Origin: an uncultured virus (IMG/VR IMGVR_UViG_3300034520_000374) | Lineage: Duplodnaviria; Heunggongvirae; Uroviricota; Caudoviricetes | Length of the DNA: 64,000 nt | IMG/VR virus record: IMGVR_UViG_3300034520_000374 | Reading direction: 5' to 3' (one strand) | Shown: positions 47,573 through 57,913 of the stretch, in pieces | Numbering within the stretch: position 1 is the stretch's first letter | Layout of the letters: every line of letters begins with the position of its first letter | Notes under the pieces: model-generated | Seen by the model: the letters and a program-made list of their open reading frames with translations, nothing else | Databases searched by the model: none | Told to the model about the DNA's origin: nothing | Position numbers and translations under genes: made by a program

Positions 47573-48451
47573 ATGGCTGGGTGCGGTAAGTGCGATAACG
47601 GGTATATAACAATAGAACCTTTAGGATTGAGAGTAAAATGCAGCTGTATGATTGACAATCCAAATAATAAGCAAGAAGCCGAGAAGAATCCTGAAAAGCC
47701 ATATTATCATGTTACGGGAGCACAAAAGGAGCTTGCAGTTTACAAGGGGTTAATCCCTGAAAGTCGTAAGGATGACGAGTTCGACGAGGAATTTTTCCGA
47801 GACCGCATAGTAACTATGTGTAAGGTGCAGAACTGCAGGGTGGTTGACTTTCAGAAGTATATAGATACATTGAACGAAATTCTAATAGGTATATCAACAA
47901 ATACACTAAGGCGTTCTTATATTGTCGGTGCACCTAGTGGGTTTGGCAAGACGACATTTGTGTACACCTGCATAAAAAGGTTGTATGCAATGGGTAAAAA
48001 GGCAGTTCCATATTTGTCATTATTTGAGCTGGCGAACTTAAGGGACGAGCACGAGAGAAAACTAATGGGAAGCATCTTTGGGAATAAAAAGAAGGCCGAG
48101 CAACGCGAGGATGAACAGGAAGGCAAGGAAGATGCTGTAAAATACGGTTGGCAAGACTTTATGCAGGCGGATGTTCTGTTTACCTACATGTCCGGTCTGG
48201 ATAACATGAGGCTTGAGTCCAAGATACTCAAGATAATCATGGAGATACGTGGTCCAAAGGAGCTGCCTACAATAGTCATGACCGCTTACTCATTAAAACC
48301 TTACCTTGCAAACATAGAGCTTAAGCAGTATATATGGGACGACATACTAGCATATAGTGATGATTTAGCCGGATGTGATAGGTTAATACATCGTTCATGT
48401 TTTAAGGTATACAATACAAAGATTAAGGCTGTTGAGGGCGAAGACTTCTAA
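47573..48451 (+). CDS. DnaC/IstB-like P-loop protein (helicase-loader-like)
   Basis: N-terminal CxxC..CxC, Walker A GAPSGFGKT and R....LPTIVMT. Walker B is degenerate. Confidence 0.65.
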   Translation: MAGCGKCDNGYITIEPLGLRVKCSCMIDNPNNKQEAEKNPEKPYYHVTGAQKELAVYKGLIPESRKDDEFDEEFFRDRIVTMCKVQNCRVVDFQKYIDTLNEILIGISTNTLRRSYIVGAPSGFGKTTFVYTCIKRLYAMGKKAVPYLSLFELANLRDEHERKLMGSIFGNKKKAEQREDEQEGKEDAVKYGWQDFMQADVLFTYMSGLDNMRLESKILKIIMEIRGPKELPTIVMTAYSLKPYLANIELKQYIWDDILAYSDDLAGCDRLIHRSCFKVYNTKIKAVEGEDF

Positions 48452-48467
48452 TAAGGGGTTGTATACA

Positions 48468-48767
48468 ATGGGGAGAAGGGTATTACATGAACTGACAGAG
48501 GTTATATGTCCATGGTGCCATGAGAAAAGCACCGTAAAGGAATGGGACGATAACACTTATAAATGTTGTACTTCTCGTGAAATGAGGAGGTTATACTTAA
48601 GCATAGAAGAGGTCAAGGCTTTTTATAAAGGGTCAGGTAAGTACTACAAGTGTCCAAAGTGCAATATGTGGTCTGAGGGTTGCAACCTTAAGATAGATAC
48701 CTGTGACCCAGAATTAATGCGCCTTGGGGGTGAGCCTTTAGATATAAAGATTGTAAGGTTGGAGTAA
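48468..48767 (+). CDS. Zinc-finger protein
   Basis: CPWC...CPKC motifs. Confidence 0.7.
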   Translation: MGRRVLHELTEVICPWCHEKSTVKEWDDNTYKCCTSREMRRLYLSIEEVKAFYKGSGKYYKCPKCNMWSEGCNLKIDTCDPELMRLGGEPLDIKIVRLE

Positions 48768-48821
48768 GAGGATAAGTTAGCCGAACAAAAACAAGAAGAA
48801 CAGATGGGAGGATAACTAAGT

Positions 48822-49124
48822 ATGCCAAAGGGTAAAATCGTAACATGCATCGAGTGCGGTCAGGAGTTTGAGCTGTCAATTGAGGAAATCACATACTACG
48901 TAGCAAAAGGTATGCAGGAGCCAAAGAGGTGCCCAATCTGCAGAGCGTTGAAAGGCAAGTACCGCTATGTCAAGTGTGCAGGTTGCGGGACACTTATGAG
49001 GATTCCACTTTTAACCGAGATTAGGAACCGGCGCCTATACGGCGATAAATATAGGCCTATGAAGTGGTGCAAAACGTGCCGGGATAAACGGGCTAACGCG
49101 AAGCTTTTTGTAGGTCAGCCATAG
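48822..49124 (+). CDS. Tandem zinc-ribbon protein
   Basis: CIECGQEF...E..YY..KG..EPKRCPICR, followed by CAGC...CKTC. Confidence 0.8.
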   Translation: MPKGKIVTCIECGQEFELSIEEITYYVAKGMQEPKRCPICRALKGKYRYVKCAGCGTLMRIPLLTEIRNRRLYGDKYRPMKWCKTCRDKRANAKLFVGQP

Positions 49125-49144
49125 TGAAAGTAGCCGGTGAAATT

Positions 49145-49186
49145 GGGGATATCCTGAATATGAATTCAGGATATCCCCTTATTTTT
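49145..49186 (+). terminator. Intrinsic terminator
   Basis: GGGGATATCCTGAAT-ATGA-ATTCAGGATATCCCC followed by TTATTTTT. Confidence 0.9.
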
Positions 49187-49460
49187 CGCTCTAGTAGCAT
49201 TATGGCACTTACTCAGACATAACGAAAAGCATAAAAATAAATATAAAAGGAAGATTAATGGGGAATGTGGATTATCTAGGCTTTATAAAAACTATGGGGG
49301 TGTAGGCATTAGATGCAAGACTTAAGGAATAGAGAGCATACGATGAGCGGCTACATAAAGTTATTAAACTAAAAAGTGAGAATGAGCCTTGATTCTGCTT
49401 TCGGGATAGTGCTGGGTACAGATTTGATTTGGGAGAAACTTAATTGAAATGGAGGTATAC

Positions 49461-51434
49461 ATGTTGGGTAAGTCATATACGAACACATCCATATCAGCTC
49501 TTAAGGATGAACAGCAGGTCAGACAGAGACCTGCCGTAATCTTTGGCACCAATGACGCCAAAGGGTGTGCACATGCAATATTTGAAATCATTGCGAACGC
49601 AATTGATGAGGCACGTGAAGGATACGGGGACACCATTGAAGTTGATGTTAAACTTGACGGAACGATTCGTGTCAGGGATTATGGTCGTGGGGTTCCCATG
49701 GACTGGAACGAAAAGGAAAAGGAGTATAACTGGAAATTAGTATTTTGCACTTTGTATGCATCTGGAAAATACGACAGCTCAAGCTACTCGACATCAATGG
49801 GTCTCAATGGTCTTGGTGCAACGGCAACTCAATACGCATCAGAGTTTATGAAGGTTACTTCTTACAGGGACGGCAAGAAGTATGTAATGAACTTCAAGAA
49901 GGGTAAGCCTGTCGGTCAGTTACAGGTGTTTGACAATCCGACTGGTGAGACAGGCACAGAGATTATATTCCGACCTGATAAGGAAGTATTCACCGAAATC
50001 ATACTGCCTGTGGAACACTATGTGGACGTATTAAGAAGGCAGGCAATGCTTCACAGGAACATCAAGTTTATTTTGAGGTATGAAGGCAAGAACGAGATAG
50101 CCATTCATTATCCAGGAGGTATGCAGGAGTTTGTAAGTATCATTTGCGAGAAACCTATACTTTCTAAGTCCATGTATTTTGCCGGTGAGGCTGAGGGAAG
50201 CGACTTAGAAGATAGTCCTGTATACAAGGTGAGGATGGAGGCAGCCATTAACTTTAGTCGTGAGATATCCTTCATAGAAGTATATCACAATGGCATGCAC
50301 TTGCAGGATGGTGGCTCGTCACTAGAAGGATTTGAGGCAGCCATAACGAAAGTAATCGAGGACGTGGCAAAGCAGTCCGGTAAACTCAAAGCGAACGACA
50401 AAATCATTTATAAGGACATACAGGAAATTTTAGTATTTATAGGGTCAACATCATGTCCTGGGCATTTAACGTTCTTCAAGAACCAGACGAAGACAGCTAT
50501 TAACAATCCATTTATAAAGCGTGCGTATGCCGATTTCATTTATCAGAACTTAAGTAGGTGGTTCGTGGAGAACAAGGAGTTAGGTGAGAAAATCGTAGAT
50601 GAAGTTCTAGCCAACAAAGAGGCTAGGGAAAATGCCGAAGCTGTAAAGAAGAAGGTCATTAAGAAGCTTTCAAGTTCAATAGACAGGTTCGGGAGCAGAC
50701 CTGAGAAGTTCGTCGAGTGTGCGTCAAAGAGCCCCTTTGAACGTGAGCTTTATATCGTAGAGGGAGACTCAGCTAAAGGCTCCTGCAAGCTTGCAAGGGA
50801 CAGCAGGTTCCAGGCAATCATGCCAATTAGAGGCAAGATTATGAACTGTTTGAAGGAAGATTTAACCACTATACTTAACAGCGAGGTCATAGTGGACTTA
50901 ATAAGGGTCATTGGTTGTGGTATAGAAGCCAAGAGCAAGTATATCAAAGACCTTCCAGAATTTGATTTGTCCAAGCTGAATTGGGGTAAAATCATCATTT
51001 GTACTGATGCAGACCTTGACGGTATGCAGATTAGGTGCCTGGTATTAGCTATGATTTACAGGCTAATGCCGACACTGCTAAAGGCAGGCAAGGTATTTAT
51101 AGTGGAAACTCCATTGTTCGAGATAGTTGCCAAAGGTAAATCCTATTTTGCATATAGCGAGCAGGAGAAGAACAAGATAATCAACGAGCTGAAGATGAAA
51201 GGTTTTAAGGATAGCCAGATATCAGTTCAGAGGTCAAAAGGTCTTGGTGAGAATGACCCAGAAATGATGGCAATTAGCACTATGAATCCTTCGACGAGAC
51301 GATTGATTCCTGTGGAGTATCCTGAGGACGACAATCAGGTGGCTCAACTATTTGAGGTATTACTTGGTAATGACCTAGAAAGCCGTAAGTATTTGATTGA
51401 GGAGTACTTTGATATTGACGTCGAGATTGATTAA
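49461..51434 (+). CDS. gyrB: Type IIA topoisomerase subunit B (GyrB/ParE family)
   Basis: VRQRP, EIIANAIDE, DYGRGVP, GLNGLG, VEGDSA, PIRGK, TDADLDG and KGLGE motifs. Confidence 0.93.
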   Translation: MLGKSYTNTSISALKDEQQVRQRPAVIFGTNDAKGCAHAIFEIIANAIDEAREGYGDTIEVDVKLDGTIRVRDYGRGVPMDWNEKEKEYNWKLVFCTLYASGKYDSSSYSTSMGLNGLGATATQYASEFMKVTSYRDGKKYVMNFKKGKPVGQLQVFDNPTGETGTEIIFRPDKEVFTEIILPVEHYVDVLRRQAMLHRNIKFILRYEGKNEIAIHYPGGMQEFVSIICEKPILSKSMYFAGEAEGSDLEDSPVYKVRMEAAINFSREISFIEVYHNGMHLQDGGSSLEGFEAAITKVIEDVAKQSGKLKANDKIIYKDIQEILVFIGSTSCPGHLTFFKNQTKTAINNPFIKRAYADFIYQNLSRWFVENKELGEKIVDEVLANKEARENAEAVKKKVIKKLSSSIDRFGSRPEKFVECASKSPFERELYIVEGDSAKGSCKLARDSRFQAIMPIRGKIMNCLKEDLTTILNSEVIVDLIRVIGCGIEAKSKYIKDLPEFDLSKLNWGKIIICTDADLDGMQIRCLVLAMIYRLMPTLLKAGKVFIVETPLFEIVAKGKSYFAYSEQEKNKIINELKMKGFKDSQISVQRSKGLGENDPEMMAISTMNPSTRRLIPVEYPEDDNQVAQLFEVLLGNDLESRKYLIEEYFDIDVEID

Positions 51435-51467
51435 AAATTACTGGGCTGTATAAGCCCAGTAATTTTT
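51433..51467 (+). terminator. Intrinsic terminator
   Basis: AAAAATTACTGGGCT-GTATA-AGCCCAGTAATTTTT. Confidence 0.85.
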
Positions 51468-51488
51468 AACGAATTGAGGGGTGTTTAC

Positions 51489-52379
51489 ATGTTTGGGGGC
51501 ATGAAAGATAAGCTGATGAGCATTCTAGAATTCTTATTAGACAACAAAAAGATAGCTTTGTGTATTTCGGCGGGCGTGCTGGTGCTTGCAGTTGCATTTG
51601 CACTATTCATCAATCATGAGAGCAAAGTTAAAACTGCACATAAAGGCAATAAGAACATTATAGAAGCACCTGTGAAGGTGTCGAATGAACTTGTGATTAT
51701 GTCTCCTGACCTTGTAAAAGATTTGGGTATGGCACCTCAGAATAACAAGCAGAACAATGTGGAGGAGGCAAATAATCCTAAGGCGACTGGTGTGTTATCC
51801 TTGGAGGAGATAGACAATATACTTAAAGCTAGGCTGAAGGGCACTCAGGACGCAAAGGAAGAAACCGCTGAGAATGTTAATAACAACAGTAGTTCTGAAG
51901 GTTCTGCTACAGAAAGCAGCGGGGATTACTATAATAAGCAGGATGAGTACATTAAGCAATTGTTGACTAGCGAAGACGGTGCCATTAGTCGCTATATGAA
52001 TATTAAACTCATCGAAATCAGGAACTTCTTAACGGTTAATATATTGAACAGTGGTTTTTACAGCATAAAGTCATATGCTGAAACTGGAAAGAGCAAGTAT
52101 GGTGCTCCAGTCGACATAAATATATTGATGGCAAGAATGGGAACAGTGATGGAGCGCAAGAGAGGTTATGATGAGTTATTCAGTCTTGTGAATGGCAAGG
52201 AGTTAAAGGAGATAGCTTCAGTTTGGTACAAGGTATCACAGCAGATAGATGCTAAGTACAGTGAGGTGGTCAATAATCCACCAGTAGCGGGTCAACCTTA
52301 TAACCTTGACTTAAGCGGTCTGGAAACATCAATAAAAGAATTTTATGCTGTATTAGATAAGTATGGCATAAACCTGTAA
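51489..52379 (+). CDS. Single-pass membrane protein
   Basis: TM segment IALCISAGVLVLAVAFALFI. Confidence 0.75.
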   Translation: MFGGMKDKLMSILEFLLDNKKIALCISAGVLVLAVAFALFINHESKVKTAHKGNKNIIEAPVKVSNELVIMSPDLVKDLGMAPQNNKQNNVEEANNPKATGVLSLEEIDNILKARLKGTQDAKEETAENVNNNSSSEGSATESSGDYYNKQDEYIKQLLTSEDGAISRYMNIKLIEIRNFLTVNILNSGFYSIKSYAETGKSKYGAPVDINILMARMGTVMERKRGYDELFSLVNGKELKEIASVWYKVSQQIDAKYSEVVNNPPVAGQPYNLDLSGLETSIKEFYAVLDKYGINL

Positions 52380-52380
52380 T

Positions 52381-53283
52381 ATGGGGGTGTACTGCATGGA
52401 GATAAGTTATGATAAAATTCCAGATAGGGCGTTCTTAAGGGTAATAATGGTGCGGGACATAAGAAGGGCTAGGGTGATGGCACAGGTTGAGGCCGCGACA
52501 AAAGGACTACTTGACCGTGACATAGCTTTAGAATCACCTTTAGGGTTTGTCGAGTATATATCAAGGGCTGAGCTTTTACAAAGGTACAGGTATCCAAACG
52601 GGAGGAAAATAAATCTTATAAGGTGGCGGAGGGGACAAAAATATATAATTGTGGCAGGTAGTAATGCACTTATGTATTCCATTTATATTCCTGAGAAGTT
52701 TAGGGTAAGGATATCCAGACCAAAGCAGGATTTAGTAGTCAACGATAACGGTAAAAGCCATTACATAGTATGTATGGCGGACGCTTCAGGTAATATAGAT
52801 AGAGGACGTGTATTTGTAATTTCAAGCTCATTATTCAAGAAGATATTCAGGTATTATAGTTCCGCTGACGTAGTAGAGTTCATAAAGAATCATGGAAGAA
52901 TAGAGGATGAGCAGATTGATTTTGGGTATACAACAAAACAAAATATTAAGAATACAGCAGGAAGTAAAGTGGCACAATACGATAAAAATAGTGGTACTGA
53001 AGTAAAAAGTATGAATACCGATGAGCAGCCAAAAGAACCAATAAAGATTAAGTACACAGCAGTAGGTAAGGTCGTGGATAATGGTAAAGTGGTCGGTTTC
53101 GTTCTAAGAGATAGCTACGGGACAGTTTATACGATGGATAAACTACAGACAATGGAGTTGTGCCGGAACAAAATGGTGGATAATCTTGGGGTAAGGGAGC
53201 TAAACGGCAAGTGGTATATTTACGGTATAGGCATCAGGATTGAGCAGTTACCTGAGATAAACACTTTTCAACAGACAACGTAA
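52381..53283 (+). CDS. Hypothetical protein
   Basis: Long ORF in the operon. Confidence 0.7.
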   Translation: MGVYCMEISYDKIPDRAFLRVIMVRDIRRARVMAQVEAATKGLLDRDIALESPLGFVEYISRAELLQRYRYPNGRKINLIRWRRGQKYIIVAGSNALMYSIYIPEKFRVRISRPKQDLVVNDNGKSHYIVCMADASGNIDRGRVFVISSSLFKKIFRYYSSADVVEFIKNHGRIEDEQIDFGYTTKQNIKNTAGSKVAQYDKNSGTEVKSMNTDEQPKEPIKIKYTAVGKVVDNGKVVGFVLRDSYGTVYTMDKLQTMELCRNKMVDNLGVRELNGKWYIYGIGIRIEQLPEINTFQQTT

Positions 53284-53346
53284 TTTATGAGCCGATGTTT
53301 TCAGCTTTTGAGTAATTATTGTAAAGAAAATAAAGGGGAGAGGTTC

Positions 53347-55458
53347 ATGGCGGATATACGGTCAATTCTTATTAATAACTATATGCCTTATGCGAAAGGC
53401 ACAATAGTTGCAAGAGCAATCCCAGCCATAGATGGTTTGAAGCCTGTAAACAGAAGGATTTTATACACAATGTATAAAATGGGGCTTCTCAACAGTAGGT
53501 CTAAGTCAGCGAATATAGTTGGTGCGACTATGAGGCTTCATCCTCACGGCGACATGGCAATCTATGAGGCATTAGTCAGAATGACAACAGGGCATGAGGC
53601 ACTAAATGTTCCTTACATCGAAAGTAAAGGTTCATTCGGTAAATTTTATTCACGCGATACAGATTATGCGGCACCGAGATACACCGAAGCAAAGCTCGCA
53701 GAAATTTGCAAGGAAGCCTTTGAGGGTATTGATGAGGACGCGGTGGACTTTGTAGACAACTATGATAATACAGCAAAGGAGCCTGTAGTTCTTCCTGTTA
53801 AGTTCCCATCAGTTCTCGTAAATACTTCAAGCGGTATAGCTGTCGGAACATCATCGAATATACCTTCATTTAATCTCAAGGAAGTATGCGAGGCAACTAT
53901 AGCAATACTTGAGGGAAAAGTAGAGAGTGCCAAAGATTTGGCAGGCATACTGAAGGCTCCTGACTTTCCAACAGGAGGATTTATACACGGAAAGGAAGAG
54001 GAGTTCATTAAATTACTTGAGACTGGTCAGGGGACTTTTACAGTCAGTGGCACTGTAGAACTCCATAGGGGTAAGATAGTAATTACCGAGGTACCTTATA
54101 AGGTAAGCATTGAGGGTATTCTCGACGATATAAGGGAATTGGTGAAAACAGGAGTACTTGATGATGTTACGGATGTACGGGACGAGTCGGACTTAAGGGG
54201 TCTCAGGGCAGTTGTAGAACTGCGCAGGGATGCCGATGTTCGCAGAGTACTTCAGAAGATTAACGCATACACAAAGCTCAGGACGCAAGTCTCGTTTACT
54301 ACGAGAGTAATAGTCGAAAAAGACGGTAAGCAAAGATGCATTACAATGGGCATACTTGACTTACTCAATGAGTGGATAGCATTCAGGATGAGTGTAATTC
54401 GCAGGATTTACTCATATAGGCTGGAAAAGAGGTTGGAGCATGAGCACTTACTAGAAGTCTGGGAGAAAATCAAGAACGACATTAGAAAAGTGGCAGACTT
54501 CATTGCAAATAACCCTGAAGATTCCGTGGTGAAATTTTTGAGGGACACTTACGTGATGGACGATATCCAGATACAATATCTGCTCGACATGAAAATCAAG
54601 GAGTTAACTCCTGACAGGATGGAGAAAAAGCTTAAGGAGCTAGCGGCAGTCAGACAAGACATAAAAGTTTACAAGGAAGTAGTTGAGAAAGACGAGGCTA
54701 AGCGTGCAATTATCATTGACGAGCTTAAGCGTATAAAAGATAAGTACGGTGCGGATAGGAAAACACGTATAGTAGGGCCTGTGAGCAAGGAAGAAGCACA
54801 GTTAGCTAAAGCAGTTGAAATCAAAGACTACCTAGCAACGGTAATAATTACGAAGAACGGTTACATGAAGAAGTTTGAGAAGGCTTCCGACGAGGACAAG
54901 TTGCAATTGCATCAAGGGGACGAAATCAAGTGGAGATATACAGTGTCAAATAAAGACGTCATGCTTATTTTCACATACAACGGTACCTGCTATAAGGTGC
55001 CAGTAAATAACATCGACAGCAGTAAGGGACTGCCAAGGGATTATGTTTACAGTTACGTTGATGACGGCTCTGAGGTACTACTGGTTGTTCCATCATACAT
55101 GTACAAAGGTAGCATAAACGTAGTTTATAATAACGGGAAGGCAACAAGAGTAGAATTTACTCGTGTATCAGGTAACCGTTCTAAGTATCGCAGTGTATTT
55201 GAGGCAGGTGAGCCTGGAACTATTTGGGTAACTACTGAGGATAAATTCTTTATTATCACTTGGAACAAGAAGGCGGCGTTCGCAGATGCGTCCATATATA
55301 AAGGGTACGACAGGGTGTCATATAGGATTGCACGTATAATGAGTGGCGAGAAGATATTCGGCGTTCAACCTCTATCCAAGGTACCTAATGCTCATAATGT
55401 AGATTTTAGCAGGTACTCTAAAGGATATTGCGTAAAAATTGCGGAGCCTCTTTGGTAA
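53347..55458 (+). CDS. gyrA: Type IIA topoisomerase subunit A (GyrA/ParC family, no GyrA-box)
   Basis: RAIPAIDGLKPVNRR, HPHGD, catalytic AAPRYTE, SGIAVG and PDFPTGG motifs. Confidence 0.92.
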   Translation: MADIRSILINNYMPYAKGTIVARAIPAIDGLKPVNRRILYTMYKMGLLNSRSKSANIVGATMRLHPHGDMAIYEALVRMTTGHEALNVPYIESKGSFGKFYSRDTDYAAPRYTEAKLAEICKEAFEGIDEDAVDFVDNYDNTAKEPVVLPVKFPSVLVNTSSGIAVGTSSNIPSFNLKEVCEATIAILEGKVESAKDLAGILKAPDFPTGGFIHGKEEEFIKLLETGQGTFTVSGTVELHRGKIVITEVPYKVSIEGILDDIRELVKTGVLDDVTDVRDESDLRGLRAVVELRRDADVRRVLQKINAYTKLRTQVSFTTRVIVEKDGKQRCITMGILDLLNEWIAFRMSVIRRIYSYRLEKRLEHEHLLEVWEKIKNDIRKVADFIANNPEDSVVKFLRDTYVMDDIQIQYLLDMKIKELTPDRMEKKLKELAAVRQDIKVYKEVVEKDEAKRAIIIDELKRIKDKYGADRKTRIVGPVSKEEAQLAKAVEIKDYLATVIITKNGYMKKFEKASDEDKLQLHQGDEIKWRYTVSNKDVMLIFTYNGTCYKVPVNNIDSSKGLPRDYVYSYVDDGSEVLLVVPSYMYKGSINVVYNNGKATRVEFTRVSGNRSKYRSVFEAGEPGTIWVTTEDKFFIITWNKKAAFADASIYKGYDRVSYRIARIMSGEKIFGVQPLSKVPNAHNVDFSRYSKGYCVKIAEPLW

Positions 55459-55473
55459 GGAGGTAGGTGAGTA

Positions 55474-56994
55474 GTGTATATAGACATTGGGATGGAGGAA
55501 ACGCTGAAGAAGATATTTGGGGCGGTAATTGCTGGTGGTATCAGGCGTGATAATCCATATCTAGAACAGAAACAAGAGGTTTTCAGGGCGTGTGTTCCTA
55601 AGTTCTTAGCCACTTTCCCAAGCAATATATTTCTAAACGAGTACGCTTTCTTCTATGAGGTGTTAACAACTCTAAAAGTAAAGGTATTCAGCGAGCAGCA
55701 ATTACGCATACTGATTGAGCAGAACTCTGATTTAATTCTAACTAGCCCATATATTGACCTTAGTCAATGGGCATCAACTGTGGACGGCAGGCAAGCTACA
55801 CCAGACGAGAAAGTTGAAGCATTTGCGAATAGCCTGCTGGAGACTTACAAAGAGCTTTCAAATATGTATGTTACGGTCGAGGAATTTGAGTCGGCTTGTA
55901 ACATATACATTAATTACTTTATCGAAAAGACCATGTTTGAGACCGTTCAGAACATGGCATTAATACTCGGCGACACTGGGTACATGGAGAGGAAGCCACA
56001 CGGCAAGACGGCAATATACAAAGGTTTAGATGATGCACAACGATATTATAACGAGAAAATGAAGCTCATCAGGGAGCTTTCAGAAACTGAAAAGATACAA
56101 GCAAGAGTTATCGACCATGCGTGGTTAGAGGACGAGCTACAAAAGGAAGACATAGGTGATACCGAAGGAATTCTTGACTTTGGCATTGAAGAAATTGACA
56201 AAGTCATGGGCAAGCTCAGAAGGTCGTATATGCTTGGAATACTTGGACCGCCAAAAGGCGGTAAGACCAGGATGACTAACTATATAGTTTGTAGGGCTCT
56301 CGAAAGAGGATTAAATGTGGCGGTATGGCCTCTGGAAGGTACTGTAGAAGAATGGGTAGCCATGCAGATAGCGGCTATGATACGTATGACATCAGGTCAA
56401 TCACTTGACGATAAGCAGATAATCGAAAGGAGATACGATAACGACGATATAAAACAGCTGGTTCTGTCAGCAAAAACAAAGTTGGCAACAGATTATAATA
56501 GGGGCAAACTATCGTTCATAACCGGAACAGCGTATGTAGAGGACTTCATAGACGTTTTACAAGCTCATTACGATAATGAAAATGCTTTTGATGTTATTGT
56601 AATTGACAGCTTGGTGAACATACTGTCAAAGACTAAAAAGACCAAGGTAGAGCGCATAAGTGAAGCATACATGTTGCTAAAGGACTTCATAGCAAATAAA
56701 TTACCACGCAAGGCGATAGCTATAGTACCTGCTCAACTAAAGCAGGACGTCATAGATTATTTGCGGAAGAATCCTGGAGAGACTATTGATGTAACATCTG
56801 GTGGCGAATCTGCTGAAACGGTAAGGTCACCTGATGAAGTAATAGGGCTGTTCTCGACAAAAGAGGAGAGGAATACAGGAAAAATGAGGATTTATAGCGT
56901 AGCTTCAAGACATAGCGCCAACTTTGATGACTTTTATGTAAGGTGCGAGCTTGGGTGTTGTTTCTTCTACAGTGACCCGAGCCTTAATGAGTAG
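55474..56994 (+). CDS. DnaB-like (SF4) replicative helicase
   Basis: GIEEIDKVMG.L, GPPKGGKT, PLEG, VIVIDS, PAQL and D.VIGL motifs. Confidence 0.8.
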   Translation: MYIDIGMEETLKKIFGAVIAGGIRRDNPYLEQKQEVFRACVPKFLATFPSNIFLNEYAFFYEVLTTLKVKVFSEQQLRILIEQNSDLILTSPYIDLSQWASTVDGRQATPDEKVEAFANSLLETYKELSNMYVTVEEFESACNIYINYFIEKTMFETVQNMALILGDTGYMERKPHGKTAIYKGLDDAQRYYNEKMKLIRELSETEKIQARVIDHAWLEDELQKEDIGDTEGILDFGIEEIDKVMGKLRRSYMLGILGPPKGGKTRMTNYIVCRALERGLNVAVWPLEGTVEEWVAMQIAAMIRMTSGQSLDDKQIIERRYDNDDIKQLVLSAKTKLATDYNRGKLSFITGTAYVEDFIDVLQAHYDNENAFDVIVIDSLVNILSKTKKTKVERISEAYMLLKDFIANKLPRKAIAIVPAQLKQDVIDYLRKNPGETIDVTSGGESAETVRSPDEVIGLFSTKEERNTGKMRIYSVASRHSANFDDFYVRCELGCCFFYSDPSLNE

Positions 56995-57005
56995 TGCAGG
57001 CATTG

Positions 57006-57047
57006 GAAAAACACATAAGCCAGCTGTGGCTGGCTTATGTGTTTTTC
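57006..57047 (+). terminator. Intrinsic terminator
   Basis: GAAAAACACATAAGCCAGC-TGTG-GCTGGCTTATGTGTTTTTC. Confidence 0.9.
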
Positions 57048-57198
57048 AGGAAAATAGTTTGTAAAAGGTATATATTAATAGGCTTGCACATAACAGGTTA
57101 ACATTTTAAGGGGATTAAGGTGAAAATCAAGGTATAGCATTCGGAACGACATGAGTTATAAATAGTAGTGAACAAAAAGGAAAAAGGAGGTTTTTCTA

Positions 57199-57858
57199 AT
57201 GAGCGGGGCTAAAGTTTCTAAGAAGCTTATTGACATGTTGAGTGAGTTTTTGGTAACCGAAATTCAGGGGAAGGCACTTGGCGGAATTACTTACACACTA
57301 TTATTCAAAGACGGTAAGGACAAGGAGATGTGTGCCAAATACTTTAAGATTAGGGAAGAGGCTACAAATTGTGGTTTCGGACCGAACGAAGTATTTAGGG
57401 TTTACGAGGTAACCAACGGTTACATTTTCGACATGGATTTAAGCGTTGCTAAATACATTACTGTGGAGCTTTCCAAGGCTGTAGCCAAGATGAACGGTGG
57501 CAAGACTCCTGTTGGTGACCTTATCGGCGAGGCTCCTGAGAAAAGGCGCAGGGAAGATATGACGTTACTTGCAAAATATTTGCAGGGACAGTTCAAGGAA
57601 GGTAAGAAAGATGTGGAGGTAGCCTTATTTAGCCGCAACAGCGTTCCAAGGATTGTGATTAATGCTGTGGATAAAGCCGGGAATCCAGTACTTTTGAAGT
57701 ATAATGCTTATGCAATTAGGCACTGGGACATTGAGGATGTTAACACAGCTCTGTTACTACCTGTAGGCATCAGGATTGCGAGTATTGAGCCTTGTGAGAT
57801 TTTACCTTCGAAAACAGGAGTGCGGTTTATAATTCGTTTAGCTTCTGTTGGAAAATAA
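57199..57858 (+). CDS. Hypothetical protein
   Basis: AAGGAGG RBS. Confidence 0.8.
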   Translation: MSGAKVSKKLIDMLSEFLVTEIQGKALGGITYTLLFKDGKDKEMCAKYFKIREEATNCGFGPNEVFRVYEVTNGYIFDMDLSVAKYITVELSKAVAKMNGGKTPVGDLIGEAPEKRRREDMTLLAKYLQGQFKEGKKDVEVALFSRNSVPRIVINAVDKAGNPVLLKYNAYAIRHWDIEDVNTALLLPVGIRIASIEPCEILPSKTGVRFIIRLASVGK

Positions 57859-57875
57859 GATAGTTGGGAGGTAGG

Positions 57876-57912
57876 CAGAGTTGTTAACATCATATAAATG
57901 TTAACAACTCTG
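57876..57912. repeat. Perfect 15-bp inverted repeat between the SD and the start codon
   Basis: CAGAGTTGTTAACAT-CATATAA-ATGTTAACAACTCTG, with no U-tract after it. Confidence 0.85.
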
Positions 57913-57913
57913 T

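Noticed and set aside
49258..49420. Coding-like remnant upstream of gyrB
   Set aside because: Short, interrupted by stops and without a recognisable motif.
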